Source: the human T2T-CHM13v2.0 reference genome, Homo sapiens
Assembly: GCF_009914755.1 (NCBI RefSeq)
Contig: NC_060932.1
Length of the DNA: 64,000 nucleotides
Reading direction: 5' to 3' (one strand)
This document shows positions 13,043-30,723 of the stretch, one piece after another. The notes beneath the pieces were generated by a model. It saw only the letters and a program-made list of their open reading frames with translations. It was not told the DNA's origin and did no database searches. Both the position numbers and the translations under genes were made by a program. Position 1 is the first letter of the stretch, and each line of letters begins with the position of its first letter.

Positions 13043-13729
13043 GTATTGTTTGTCTTTTCAGTTTGATTTGTATTTTATAAAACTAATGTCCCTTGGTGTA
13101 ATTGAGTACAATATGCATGATTCATATTATAATTTGGATAATTTCCTATTCCATTGGCTTAATGAGTTCTCTACCCTTTTTTGTCCTCCCATTTTTTACT
13201 TCTGTTTCTTTTGTGAAAGGGAACTGATCATGTTGGATCGCTTTTTAAATGTAGAATCTGTAGCTACTGGTCCATGATACTTACCAGCCCTATCACTTTG
13301 TAATTGCTATCTAGTTAAACATTAGCATGGTTCTATAGATAATTGAAATATACATAAACAGGATACAAAAACGATGACTTCTTCCAAGTGGCCTCAGTGT
13401 GAATAATTTTTTAGAATTAATGAAATAGAGAATAGAACTTTGCACTCTGAATTGATTTAATTATTTTTATAGAACTGAGGCTTCTCCTGCAAGGAATTAT
13501 CCAAGGTTGAGTTCTACCTTTACTTATAAGCACCCTGGATCAGCTTTATCAGATAATATACAGTAAATGCCCAGATCAGGGATGTATAGCCAGTCATCAG
13601 GGAGCTATCAGTTAGCCTTGAATATATCCATGGGCTAATTTCCGGTGGCAGAAGAACGAGTTTCTATTCTTTTGACTTTTTTGAATGCCAAGAGAAAGGC
13701 CTAGTGAAGTACATTGTCAGTTTAAAACA

Positions 13730-18590
<4,861 letters not shown>

Positions 18591-18809
18591 AATCACTGGG
18601 ATAGCCAGTTTTGATCTCTCTAAGGCTGCATGAATAGGTGGTAGAATTCTCCAAGGTATTAGGGAGCTCCTTAGCTTGGGTTCTATAGTGTTAGTCAGTT
18701 TTCTTCAGTTGCCTTCTGTTAAATGCTAATCTATGTTAGACACCAACTTAAATCCTCCTTTTTAAGCTCTCTCAATTGTCCAGTTATCTGAAAAGGATTA
18801 GCACTTTTT

Positions 18810-18945
18810 TTCCCAGATGAGAGAACCAGACTCCAAGAGGTTATGTAATTTACCAAGGGTTGCACAACTGGTAAGAGGCCTTGTTTGGGCATGAACAACT
18901 GTCAAACTCCAGAGTTTGTGCTTTTAGTCATTAGACTATATTGCC
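18810..18945 (-). mobile_element. MIR fragment
   Basis: cagatgagagaaccagactccaagaggttatgtaatttaccaagggttgcacaactggtaag. Confidence 0.65.
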
Positions 18946-20479
18946 TCACATACAAATATTTTAATGTTGTTTCATTTATAAGATTACTATTTTTAGCCAT
19001 CTAGCTGAAGCAGATCTGTTTCAAAAGCCGTTGATACCTGTACTGTGACAGCAGAATATATTGGTTTTTGTGTGTTTTTTTAAAGAAAGTTTTCTTATTC
19101 CCATTTCTTTCTCATTGTCATTTCTGATTCTACAACTGGGCCTCCTCTTTCCTGGCTACCTGCCTGGTATTGAAAACTAAGCCAAGTTACTGATTGCTCC
19201 TGAGACCTTCAAAACCCAGAGGATATGAATTTTACTCACCGGAATCTATTCTGTTTTCCAAGACTCACTTTCACCCCACTCCTCGTTCCATGGGGCTCAA
19301 AGTAGATAAACAGTTGTCTGGCAACTGGACTATTTTAAGCTCTGAAGAGACTGGAGAGTTAGGCTGGACCAGGTGTGGAAAAGTCCCACAGGAGACAGTG
19401 TAAAGTTGGCGTAACAGGATCTCTAATCCAGGCAGAGTGGTGCAGAGCTTATCTTCTAGCCTCTCTCTCAGGAAACCTGTCTTCTCACTTTGGCTTACCA
19501 CTAACTAGTTGTGTGACCTTGGTTGCCATTTAATCATCATGGCCTTGATTTCGTGACCTGTGAAATGAGAGATGGTTGGAATGTTGAATCTGTAAGGTCT
19601 CCTCTAGATTGGAAAGGGTAATTTTTATGAGACTCCATAAGGGATCACTGAAGCTAGAATTTACAGGAGCTGGATTCTGCCAACTATATGTGATGGAGTA
19701 GATTCTTTGTTTAACCAGATTTTTTAACTTTTTAATTCTAGACTTGAATATTACAGTATGTATGTTAGTTTATGCACTCTTCTCAACTTCAGTATTACAG
19801 TAGGTATGTTAGTTTATTCACATGGCAGGATTGAGAGCTCTGCAAGTTATCTGTGGAGAGTTTGAAGAAGGCAGATATACAAGCAGGCCAAGTCCGAAGA
19901 GATGAAGGACAAACTTACAAGACAGGAGAAAGCACAATCTCCAATCAGTCCTGAGATAACATAGCATACATCAGATTTGAATGGACCAAGTAAAAGAATG
20001 AGAATCAACAGTCACATCTGGGACAGGCTGACATATGTTCAAGAAAGAGGAACTTGGGCAGACTATGCGGTTCTTTCCCAGCAGACATAACTCTGGGTCT
20101 TCATGGTTTATGGTCTCTGAGCCCAACACAGCAGGTCATTGAGTATTTATTAATCCTCATTGGAGACTGACATCTCTACCGAAATACAGGGCTTTCTTAA
20201 AATTTTAGGATTGTATGTTTTTATTATGTTTGGTGTATGTTTTATTATGTTTGTATGCCATATTATGTTATGTTTTATTGTATGTTTTATATTAGTTAGG
20301 GGGCTCCTGGCGGCCTGGACTGAGTCTTATCCATTTCTATATTCTCAACATCTAGCATCATACTCAGTAAATAGTTACTCATTTAGTTTACTCATTTATT
20401 TGAGAAACAGTGGATTTTTAAGGTAGTTCTTTCCTTGGGGTATTATTCACTTGTACTAAAATAAGGCCTTCTTCTACAT

Positions 20480-20799
20480 TGTATTAGTCTGTTCTCATGC
20501 TGCTATGAAGTAATACTAAGACAGGATAATTTATAGACGAAAGAGGTTTAATTGAATCACAGTTCCACATGGCTGGGGAGGCCTCAGGAAAGTTACAATC
20601 ATGGCGGAAGGCACTCCTTCACAGGGCGGAAGGAGAGAATGAGTGGCAAGCGAAGGGGAAAGATGGTTATACAACCATCAGATCTTGTGAGAATTCACTC
20701 ACTATCACAAGAACAGCATGGGGGTTACTGCCCCCCATGATTCAGTTACATCCCACTGAGTCCCTCAATAAGATTTGGGTGGGACACAGCCAAGCCATA
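20480..20799 (-). mobile_element. THE1C/D-like MaLR solo LTR
   Basis: tgtattagtctgttctcatgctgct...gatttgggtgggacacagccaagccata; TSD tacat at 20475-20479 and 20800-20804. Confidence 0.88.
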
Positions 20800-20921
20800 T
20801 ACATAATGAATGATGATACTGTTGAGCCATCATCATTTACTCAGAATTTCCCTGATTATAAAATTAATACTTGCTTATTATAGAAAGCATGTACATAAAT
20901 ATAAAAATAATAAAAATCACC

Positions 20922-23158
20922 TGTATTGGTCCATTTTCACGCTGCTTATAAAGACATACCCAAGACTGGGCAATTTACAAAAGAAAGAGGTTTATTAGAC
21001 TTACAGTTCCACGTGGCTTGAGAGGCCTCACAATCGTGGCAGAAAGTGAAAGGCATATCTCACATGGTGGCAGACAAGAGAAGAGAGCTTGTGCAGGGAA
21101 CTCCCCTTTTTAAAACCATGAGATCTTGTGAGACTTATTCACTATCATGAGAACAGCATGGGAAGGACCTGCCCCCATGATTCAATTACCTCCCACTGGG
21201 TCCTTCCCACAACATGTGGAAATTCAAGATCAGAGTTGGGTTGGGACATAGTCAAACTATATCATTCTGACTTGGCCCCTCCAAAATCTATGTCCTCACA
21301 TTTCAAAACCAATCATGCTTTCCCAACAGTTTGCCAAAATCTTAACTCATTTCAGCATTAACTCAAAAGTCCACAGTCCAAAGTCTCATCCGAGACAAGG
21401 CAAGTCCTGTCCACTTATAAGCCTGCAAAATCAAAAGCAAGCTAGTTACTTCCTAGATACAATGGGGGTACAGGCATTGGGTAAATACAGCCATTCCTTG
21501 TGGGAGAAATTGGCCAAAACAAAGGGGCTACAGGTCCCATGCAAGTCCAAAATCCAGCAGGGCAGCCAAATCTTAAAGCTTCAAAATGATCTCCTTTAAC
21601 TCCATGTCTCACATCTAGGTCATGCCAATGCAAAATGTGGGTTGCCACGGTCTTGGGCAGCTCCATCCTTCCAGGCTGCTTTCATGGGCTGGTCTTGAGT
21701 GTCTGCAGTTTTTCCAGGTGCACGGTGCAAGCTGTTGGTGGATCTATCATTCTGGGGTCTTGAGGACAGTGGCCCTCTTCTCACAGCTCCACTACGTGGT
21801 GCCACAGTAGGGACTCTGTGTGGGGGCTCTGATCCTACTTTTCCCTTCTGCACTGCCCTAGGGGAGGTTCTCCATGAGAGCAATGCCCCTACAGCAAACT
21901 TCTACCTGGACATCCAGATGTTTCCATACATCCTCTGAAATCTAGGTGGAGGTTCCCAAACCCCAATTCTTGACTCCTGTGCACTGGCAGGCTCAACATC
22001 ATGTGGAAGATGCCAAGGCGTGAGGCTTGTGCCCTCTGAAGCCGTGGTTCAGATTCTACATTGGCCCCTTTCAGCCACAACTAGAGCGACTGGAACGCAG
22101 GTCACCAATTCCCTAGATGGCACACAGTATGAGGATCCTGGGCCCAGCCCATGAAACCACTTTTTCCTCCTAGGCCTTCAGGCCTGTAATGGGAGGAGCT
22201 GCCTGAAGACCTCTGACATGCCCTGGAGACATTTTCCCCATTGTCTTGGGGATTAACATTCAGCTCCTCATTATTTATGCAAATTTCTTCAGCCAGCTTG
22301 GATTTCTCCTCAGAAAATGGGATTCTCTTTACTATCACATTGTCAGGCTGCAAATTTTCCGAACTTTTATGCTCTGCTTCCCTTATAAAACTGAATGCCT
22401 TTAACAGCACCCAAGTCACATCTTGAATGCTTTGCTGCTTAGAAATTTCTTCTGCCAGATACCCTAAATCATCTCTCTCAAGTTCAAAGTTCCACAAATT
22501 GCTAGGGTGGGGGTAAAATGCCACCACTCTCTTTGCTAAAACACAGCAAGAATCACCTTTGCTCCATTTCCCAACAAGTTCCTCATCTCCATCTGAGAAC
22601 ACCTCAGCCTGCACTTCATTGTCCATATTATTATGAGCATTTTGGTCAAAGCCATTTCAACAAGTCTCCAGGGAGTTCCACACTTTCCCACATTTTCCTG
22701 TCTTCTTCTGAGCCCTTCATACTATTCCAACCTCTGCCTGTTACCCAGTTCCAAAGTTGCTTCCACATTTTTGGGTATCTTTTCAGCAGCGCCCCAGTCT
22801 ACTGGTACCAATTTACTGTATTAGTCCATTTTTGTGCTTCTGATGAAGACATACCCAAAACTGGGCAATTTACAAAAGAAAGAGATTTACTAGACTTACA
22901 GTTCCACATGGCTGGGGAAGTCTCACAATCATGGTGGAAGGTGAAAGGCATTTCTCACACGGTGGCAGACAAGAGAAGAGAACTTGTGCAGGAAATTCCC
23001 CCTTTTAAAACGATGAGATCTTGTGAGACTTTTTCACTACCACCAGAAGAGCACAGGAAGCCCTGCCCCCATGATTCAATTACCTCTCACCAGATCCCTC
23101 CCACAACACATGGAAATTCAAGATGAAATTTGGGTGGGGACACAGCCAAACCATATAA
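20922..23158 (-). mobile_element. Full-length THE1B-like MaLR provirus: LTR 20922-21264, internal 21265-22816, LTR 22817-23158
   Basis: Two similar ~342-bp LTRs; perfect 5-bp TSD tcacc (20917-20921, 23159-23163); internal ORF remnant 22102-22626(-) typical of THE1-int. Confidence 0.93.
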
Positions 23159-24589
23159 TCACCTATGATATTTTCCTCTAGAGAGTCATTGCTATCATTT
23201 CTATTTTTCCTTTTGATATTTCTATATGCATATGTATTTTATTTTATAAACTTGTGTTCACACTGCATATAGTTTGTGTCCTTTTATCTTATATATCATG
23301 AACATTTACCACATACTAGTAAATATCTTTTTAAATAAGTTTTAATGGCTACCAAATTTAAATATGCAATAATTAATATAATGCCTTGTTATTGGAAACT
23401 AGATTATTTTCTTATTTTTTTCTCTTCTTTTAAATAGCATGGGTATAAAATCTTTTAATGTAGAAAGAAGTATAGACTTTTAAAGGAAATTTTATGTTTT
23501 TAATAAATGACATATAAAGGAGGAATCATTGGTATATTCTAGGAAGTTGTAGGAGAGTAGAAACAATTAGTTTTGAAACTGCTTGTATAGATGTAAAAAA
23601 TGCCAATAAAGTTCTTAGAAGCTGTTTTATTTTTTAGTGGTTTTAGTTGTTTAAAAATGTTAACACAATAGATATGTAAACATTATATATAATGTACATT
23701 TTAATGATACAACGTAAATATATATTTTAATTACTTTAAATTATTAATGTACATATTGATACATTTATATTCTTGATATATTTTGTTAAATTGTTTTCCA
23801 GATTGTACACACCTATTCTCTTATTAGCAGTGTATCTTCAAAACCCTGCACCTTCACCTGCATGGGTATTTTTTCCTAATCTTTGCCAATTTGATGAACC
23901 AAAAGTGATATTTCCCTATTATTTTACTTTGCATACCTTTGCTTATTGTTCAAGTTAATATTTTCATATGTTTACTGGAAGCATATTTTTCTTCTTTAAA
24001 TTATTTGAGCATATCTCTTGCCTATTTTTCTACTGGTGCTTTAATGATATTCTAATTGATGAATAATAATTCATTATTAATGAATTATTTTAATAAATCA
24101 ATTGTAATTGATTGTCCTATTTTATTCAAATTGAGTGTTTTAAAAGATATTAAGATGGTTTGCATTGATATATCACCTTCTTTTTCATTTTTTCTTAAAA
24201 GCATATTTCTTTCTGTATTTTGAGGATGACTTAGAATGTAGTTAATAGACTGCAAAATAGCAAAGTTGACTAATTTCCACTCCCTCTCCCCTATCAAAGT
24301 GCTCTAAGGAACAGTTCTTTAGGTTAGCTTACACATACTTTGGAACATCAGTGTCATTATTCGAAGATTGGTGAATGCCATGCTTTTGAATATGTACCAG
24401 CAAACTTAAGGTCTCAGTGTAGCTAGACTTGGATTTTTGAGCTGTGTATATGGATTGGTACTTCTGCTGGTTTATGTCAAACTGTGTGTACCTTATGACT
24501 TTTCCTTTTGGGAATAATATAGGAGTGAGAGGAAGGACAGGTAAAGAGCACTAGATTGAGCTCAATGTGCAGAGTTGACTGGATAGTTA

Positions 24590-25060
24590 ATGTTGAGCTG
24601 TGGAGATTAGCATCTCCTCTAACTGGTTTAACCAGCTATGAATATCTTACAGGATTTTAAATGGTTTACAGAATCACTGGGTAAGCTAATGATGCAGATT
24701 TTAAATTGAGCTTCTCAGGAATGAATTTGAGAATAATTCTGTAGAACCAGGCTACCATGATTCCTGTTGCCTTTCCTAGATTAAGCAATGGCCTTTGTCA
24801 GAAAACTGCCACAGAAAATCTAGAGATTTTCACAATGGTGCTTGTCTCTGAAACAGCAGAAAACAGTCTCTGTCTAATTCCTGCTTTCCAGATCTTGTTC
24901 AAGTGCAAAAAATTGGTGACACTTAAATTACTTCTAGAACCCTAACTGTAGAAAATCCCAGGAATGTAGTTCTTAGGTGTTCAGTCTTTGTGACTCAGAA
25001 AAGCACATTTGAAGGACCTTGAATGGATGTTGAATGCCAACTCTCCATATCTAACACAAT
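24590..25060 (-). mobile_element. Old MLT1-type LTR
   Basis: 3' part aggaatgtagttctt...gaatggatgttgaatgccaactctccatatctaacaca resembles MLT1 ends. Confidence 0.45.
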
Positions 25061-25332
25061 ACTCCTTTCATTATGTCCCTTAATCAACAATATGATATGG
25101 ACTTTTTTGCATAAATAAACAAGAACAGATTGCCATTGGTTATATAGTACAAGTAACACTACCAATAACATTGTGGTCCTCTGTGGTTATAGGATTAGAA
25201 TGAATTTAATAGGACAAAAAGGAATATAGAGCATAATCATGAAAGGAGGTATCTCCAAGGGCATTCTGATGGATTGAAGGGAAATTGCTTTAGGCTGTTT
25301 GTCACATTTGCCATATAAGTTAAAGTAGGTTT

Positions 25333-25761
25333 GGCTGGGTGCGGTGGCTCACGCTTTTAATCTCAGTGCTTTGGGAGGCCGAGGCAGATGGATCACCTGA
25401 GGTTAGGAGTTTGAGACCAGCCCGAGCAACGTAGTGAAACTCCCTCACTACTAAAAACTACAAAAATTGCCAGGTGCGGTGGCTCACACCTGTAATCCCA
25501 GCACTTTGGGAGGCCGAGGCAGGTGGATCACGAGGTCAGGAGATCAAGACCATCCTGGCTAGTGTGGTGAAACCCAGTCTCTACTAAAAATACAAAAAAT
25601 TAGCCAGGCGTTGTGGCAGGTGCCTGTAGTCCCAGCTACTCAGGAGGCTAAGGCAGGAGAATTGCTTGAACCTGGGAGGTGGAGTTTGCAGTGAGCCTAG
25701 ATTGTGCCACTGCACTCCAGCCTGGGCGGCAGAGCAAGACTCCATCTCAAAAAAAAAAAAA
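25333..25761 (+). mobile_element. Trimeric Alu: left monomer (25333-25468) plus full AluSc/Y-like dimer (25469-25761)
   Basis: Two consecutive left arms, then a right arm and A tail; single TSD aagttaaagtaggtt at 25317-25331 and 25760-25774. Confidence 0.92.
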
Positions 25762-25831
25762 GTTAAAGTAGGTTCTCCTTCATTTTTTATACCCTTTCCC
25801 TTTATCTGTTTTGTATGCTTCTCTTTCCTAG

Positions 25832-26135
<304 letters not shown>

Positions 26136-26149
26136 CCTAGACCTCATCT

Positions 26150-26670
26150 TAAAGACTGGCATTTCAAAGGTTTCTATCTTTTGTTTATAAACATTCTCCT
26201 TAAGTGATATGATGCAGTTCCATGGCCGTAAGTACCACCTTGTGCTTCAGCCACATGGGGTCTATTTGCCTTTCCCTCAACATGTGAGTACCCCTTGCCT
26301 TAAAAGCTGCTTCTTGGACCTCTGTCTAACCTAACCCTAACCCTGACCTTAACCCAACTCAACCCCTCTCTGCTTGGAGAATTTATACTAGTTTTTAAAG
26401 ACTCATTTTTTTCTTTGAAGTCTTTCTGGAACCCCAACCTAAATAAATTTAATTGTTCTTTCATCTCTACTTTTGTAGCACTGTCTGTTTTATACAATGG
26501 TCAGATTTTATTGTAGTTGAGTGTTCACATGGTTATCTCCTCTGAAAAACTGACCTTCTCCATGGTAAAAGCCACACCTTATTTATCTTTCCATCTCCTG
26601 TAGCACTAGGCCCAGGGCCTGGTATGTCATAGATACATATTAGATATCTGCATGTTAAATCATGAGTGGA
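26150..26670 (+). mobile_element. L2 3' fragment
   Basis: cttatttatctttccatctcctgtagcactaggcccagggcctggtatgtcatag resembles the L2 3' end. Confidence 0.55.
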
Positions 26671-27359
26671 TTGTGAAAGGTCACAAATTTAAAAAGGATA
26701 TTTGAAAACTCATTCATACTAAAACAAGCTTCATTTTAGCACTGTGTGATTCTCATAGGTCTTTTGTGTCCATGTCATATCCAAATAACAAGAAATTTTG
26801 GTTGGCATCTCAGTGAAAGCAGATGAGAAAGAGAAGGATAAATAAACATCAATCAAATGGTGATTAGGTTGTTCACCATGGCCTATTCTTTCTGGAAACT
26901 TAAGCAGCACAGATAAAGTCTGGGAAGCTACAGCCTAAACTTATTTCCAAACTCTTGTCTCATAGGAACCTAAAATAGCCTTCCTGCATACTTCAAGCAC
27001 ATCTAGCAAAAGAAGGCTTTCTATAGCCAATAAGTTCAGTCCATTTGTTAGTGAGATGCTAATTTACCTGCAAAGTCCCATCATCAGATAAGTAATTATT
27101 TGCACATGACCTCATCTCCTCTTTTGATCTCATCAAGGAAACAGCATTTTCAGTATTTTTTTTTTAGGGCTTAATCTTTGTCTGATATCTAATTGCAGAA
27201 TGAGCAGAAGTGCTCTAGACAGCCTGTATCCACAGATGATACTTTAAAATTGGCGGTATGGGATCAGTTGACGGATCTGACTACAAAGTGTCAGAGGTTG
27301 CAAATTCCTTCTCTCTGTATCAAATTAGGGATGGAAATGAGGAAGTAGGGGGCCAAGGA

Positions 27360-27525
27360 ATTTACATTGATCAAGTGTTTATCATATTCTAGTCTAGTCA
27401 TTGTGCAGATTCTTTTATGTATTTTGTCTGTGACTATAGGGGTTGTTCCCACTTTACAAATGATAAGCTCTGGGAGGTTCATCATCTTGTCCAAGGTCAC
27501 ACAGCTAATACATGGCAGGGTCTTG
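27360..27525 (-). mobile_element. MIR
   Basis: cccactttacaaatga...cttgtccaaggtcacacagctaatacatggcag. Confidence 0.75.
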
Positions 27526-27659
27526 CCCCAACATCATGCCTTCCCAGTAGCCTTCCCTCTTCACCTTGCCTCATGGTAGATCTTTTTGCCCATATCTTTT
27601 AAGTATTTCCACTTCCCTCTTGACTGTTTCTGTAAGAATAAGCACACCTATCTCCTATG

Positions 27660-28600
27660 CACACAAACATGACCTAAGAAGCATAAATTAAAAGACAAAA
27701 ATATTGCTGAATTTGATTGCGTCAGAACTTAGAATTTCTGTTCCGTGAAGGATACCATGAACAAAGCCATTAGAAGGCAAAATGAGAGAAGATATTAGCA
27801 CTGTCTAAAATGTTAAGGAATAAATATGTGGGCCTAGAGAATACTGGAAATCAACATGAAGAAGGCAGTAGTCCTAATAGAAAAATGGGTAAAAGTTCTG
27901 AATTGGCAACTTAAAGAAGAGGAAGCCTAAAAGCTAGCAAGTATGTAAAGAAATGTTCAACTCATTAGTAATAAGTACAATGCAAATTTTAAAAACAATG
28001 AGATCACTTTGTAGCAGGGATGTATTAATAAAATGTGTTGGCAGGGCTGTGAAGACGTAGGCACCCTCATGCACTGATTGGTGGGTGTGAAGCATGGTGC
28101 TGCCATTCTGGAGAACAATCTCTAGCCAAATTAAATATATTTTCATATTCTATGACCCAGTAATTCACTTTTCTGGTATATTTCCCAGAGAAATTATTGT
28201 ACAGACCCCTAAAGGTACATATTCAAGGATGATTATTATAGCAGTATTTATGGGGGCAAGATCTATGTGGGAGAGTGGACATATAAAATATGATGGATGG
28301 CCCCAGGGACTATGACAAAACAGTTGGAAGCAATAGACTAATGTATGTATTGCAACATGAATGGCTCTTATAAACATAAAGCTGGGCTTTAAAAAAGTAA
28401 AAAATAGAATGATATATAATACAATTGCATATGTATACATACAATTTTACATGCACACAGAATAATATTTTATATTTTGCAAGAAGATATACAATCAAAA
28501 AACATCTTAGAAGAGTTTTCTACTTAGGACATTGTGGGAGGGAGTGAGAAATGGGGATAAAAGAGAACAAATAGTTTTTTAAAAGCAAATAGGACAAAGA
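27660..28600 (+). mobile_element. L1ME-like ORF2 3' end / 3' UTR fragment
   Basis: aaatgttcaactcattagtaataagtacaatgcaaatt...tatgacccagtaattcacttt L1 3' motifs. Confidence 0.7.
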
Positions 28601-28655
28601 GACTTGCGATGAATAGGCTAATGATTTTGTACCATGAATTGAGGCACATAATTAA

Positions 28656-28973
<318 letters not shown>

Positions 28974-29694
28974 TGAATCTGATCTTAAAAACAAAAATCC
29001 ACTCACCTGTGAGGCATGAGGTTAAGATAGATATATGGATAATTTATTACTTACTTCAAGCATAAAGGAGGCCACTTCTCTTTTACTCTTTCAATGCTTA
29101 TCCAGTTCCCTTTTCACTCACTATTTTATGACATTCAATTAGATTTTTGCTTTTGATTTTATATAATGTAAATACAATGTAAATTATTCACTTTTTAAAA
29201 ATATGTTTTTGGTTTTTATGTCATACATCTTTGCCATTGTTTTCTTCTTCATTTCTAAGCTTTTAAGGGCAGGGATGATATTTCTTTTCACTTGTTATTA
29301 TATAGTCCCTAGCATGGTGATAATCCCAGTGTTCAATTTTATGAAAAATCTTCTAGGAGGAGGTTTTCCTTTTTAAATTCTAAAAGTGTGGATAATGTTC
29401 CTAGGAGAGTAGATGACTAAATAATGTAGGCTGATAGCATCAGGTATCCTTTTTAATAAACACCCCATTCCATCTTAACACCTCCTCTCTGCCTCCTCTC
29501 TGCCTTCTCTTTAGCAAATCTGTCTGCCTTTTTTCCTGATAGAAAGTATCATTGGTTAATAACTGTAGATTCTTGATAATTGTTATTGTGAATGAATTGC
29601 AAAATCGTGGTCAATAATTAATAGGTTATAATAAGTATTGAGCTTAATCAAGTAGAAGTAGTAAATTTAGATATTTCTTCTTGATAGTTATGAT

Positions 29695-29872
29695 TCCATC
29701 TCTTTGTCTTTGTGTTTATTTTTTCAGCTTCTCTCTGTGTGTCTTTTTCTATATCTCTCTACTAATCACCTCTTTCTTTCTCTTTATCTCCCTCTCCCTT
29801 TCTTTCTCTTTGTCTCTTTCTTTATTTTTGACTGTGTCTCTTTGTTTTTATCTCTTTTTTTCCCCTCTCCTA
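29695..29872. repeat. CT-rich low-complexity tract
   Basis: Direct reading. Confidence 0.8.
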
Positions 29873-30652
29873 GTTTCTGGTTCATGGCCTCACCAACAGT
29901 GTAGTCCAAGGCTGATGCATTTGCAGCTATGTCAGGTTAGTGCTCTAGAATTAATTAGAGCTTCTATCTTTTTTTTGAGTCTGTAAAAGCTTTCTTTGAC
30001 AGGCTCATTGTAGTCTTGGAATTATAGTCACTTGAATCAAGCTGGTGAGTACATATTTTGTAGCTTCATAACAGTAAAGAAACATTTTGTGATGCATTTC
30101 ACATTGAAAGTGGCTCCAAAAGAGTCAGTGCCATTTTGATGGCACTTGGGAAAATGCATCAGTAATATCATTTAGCTGAAGGCACTTTGATTTCTCCAGG
30201 AGAGCTGAATAGACCAAGGCCTTGTGAGACTCTTTACAGTCCTGATTTTCTTTTCCTTGAAAAATTTCATGGCAATTTCCAGGAAGTTTCAGAACTTTAT
30301 GTCATCAAACTGAAACTTTTTTTCTTAGAAAAACATTAAGATTTTTCTTCTTTAGTAGTAGATGGCTTAAAGGTTTTAGGTCTGCTATTGGTAAATGCAT
30401 TGGATGTTCAAAGCTTGATTGACAAAGTGGGTAATAAATAAACCACTGGGACCAGATGACATCAACCCAGTATTTTTGAAGAAAGTAGAAGGTAATATTG
30501 TCAAAACTTGGTTCAATTATTTTTAACCCTTGTTAGTTGGCACTGAACACAAGAACTATCAGATTTTTTTGAGCTTACCCTTCATAAGAATTATCCTACG
30601 AAGACTTAAGCAGTACATTTTGTTGGTGATTATTATCTCTTTATTTCATCCT

Positions 30653-30685
30653 TGTATTAATCAAGGTTCTCAAAAGAAACAGAAG

Positions 30686-30723
<38 letters not shown>

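Noticed and set aside
19749-20295. Repeat-spacer-like pattern (CRISPR-like) and TATGTT-rich repeats at ~20210-20295
   Set aside because: Only two units or degenerate low-complexity sequence in mammalian intron DNA; no array and no cas genes.
30089-30179. Box C/D snoRNA (gtgatgc ... ctga)
   Set aside because: The C box is mismatched, there is no terminal stem, and the site is far from a splice acceptor. Only the inverted-repeat structure is kept as a finding.
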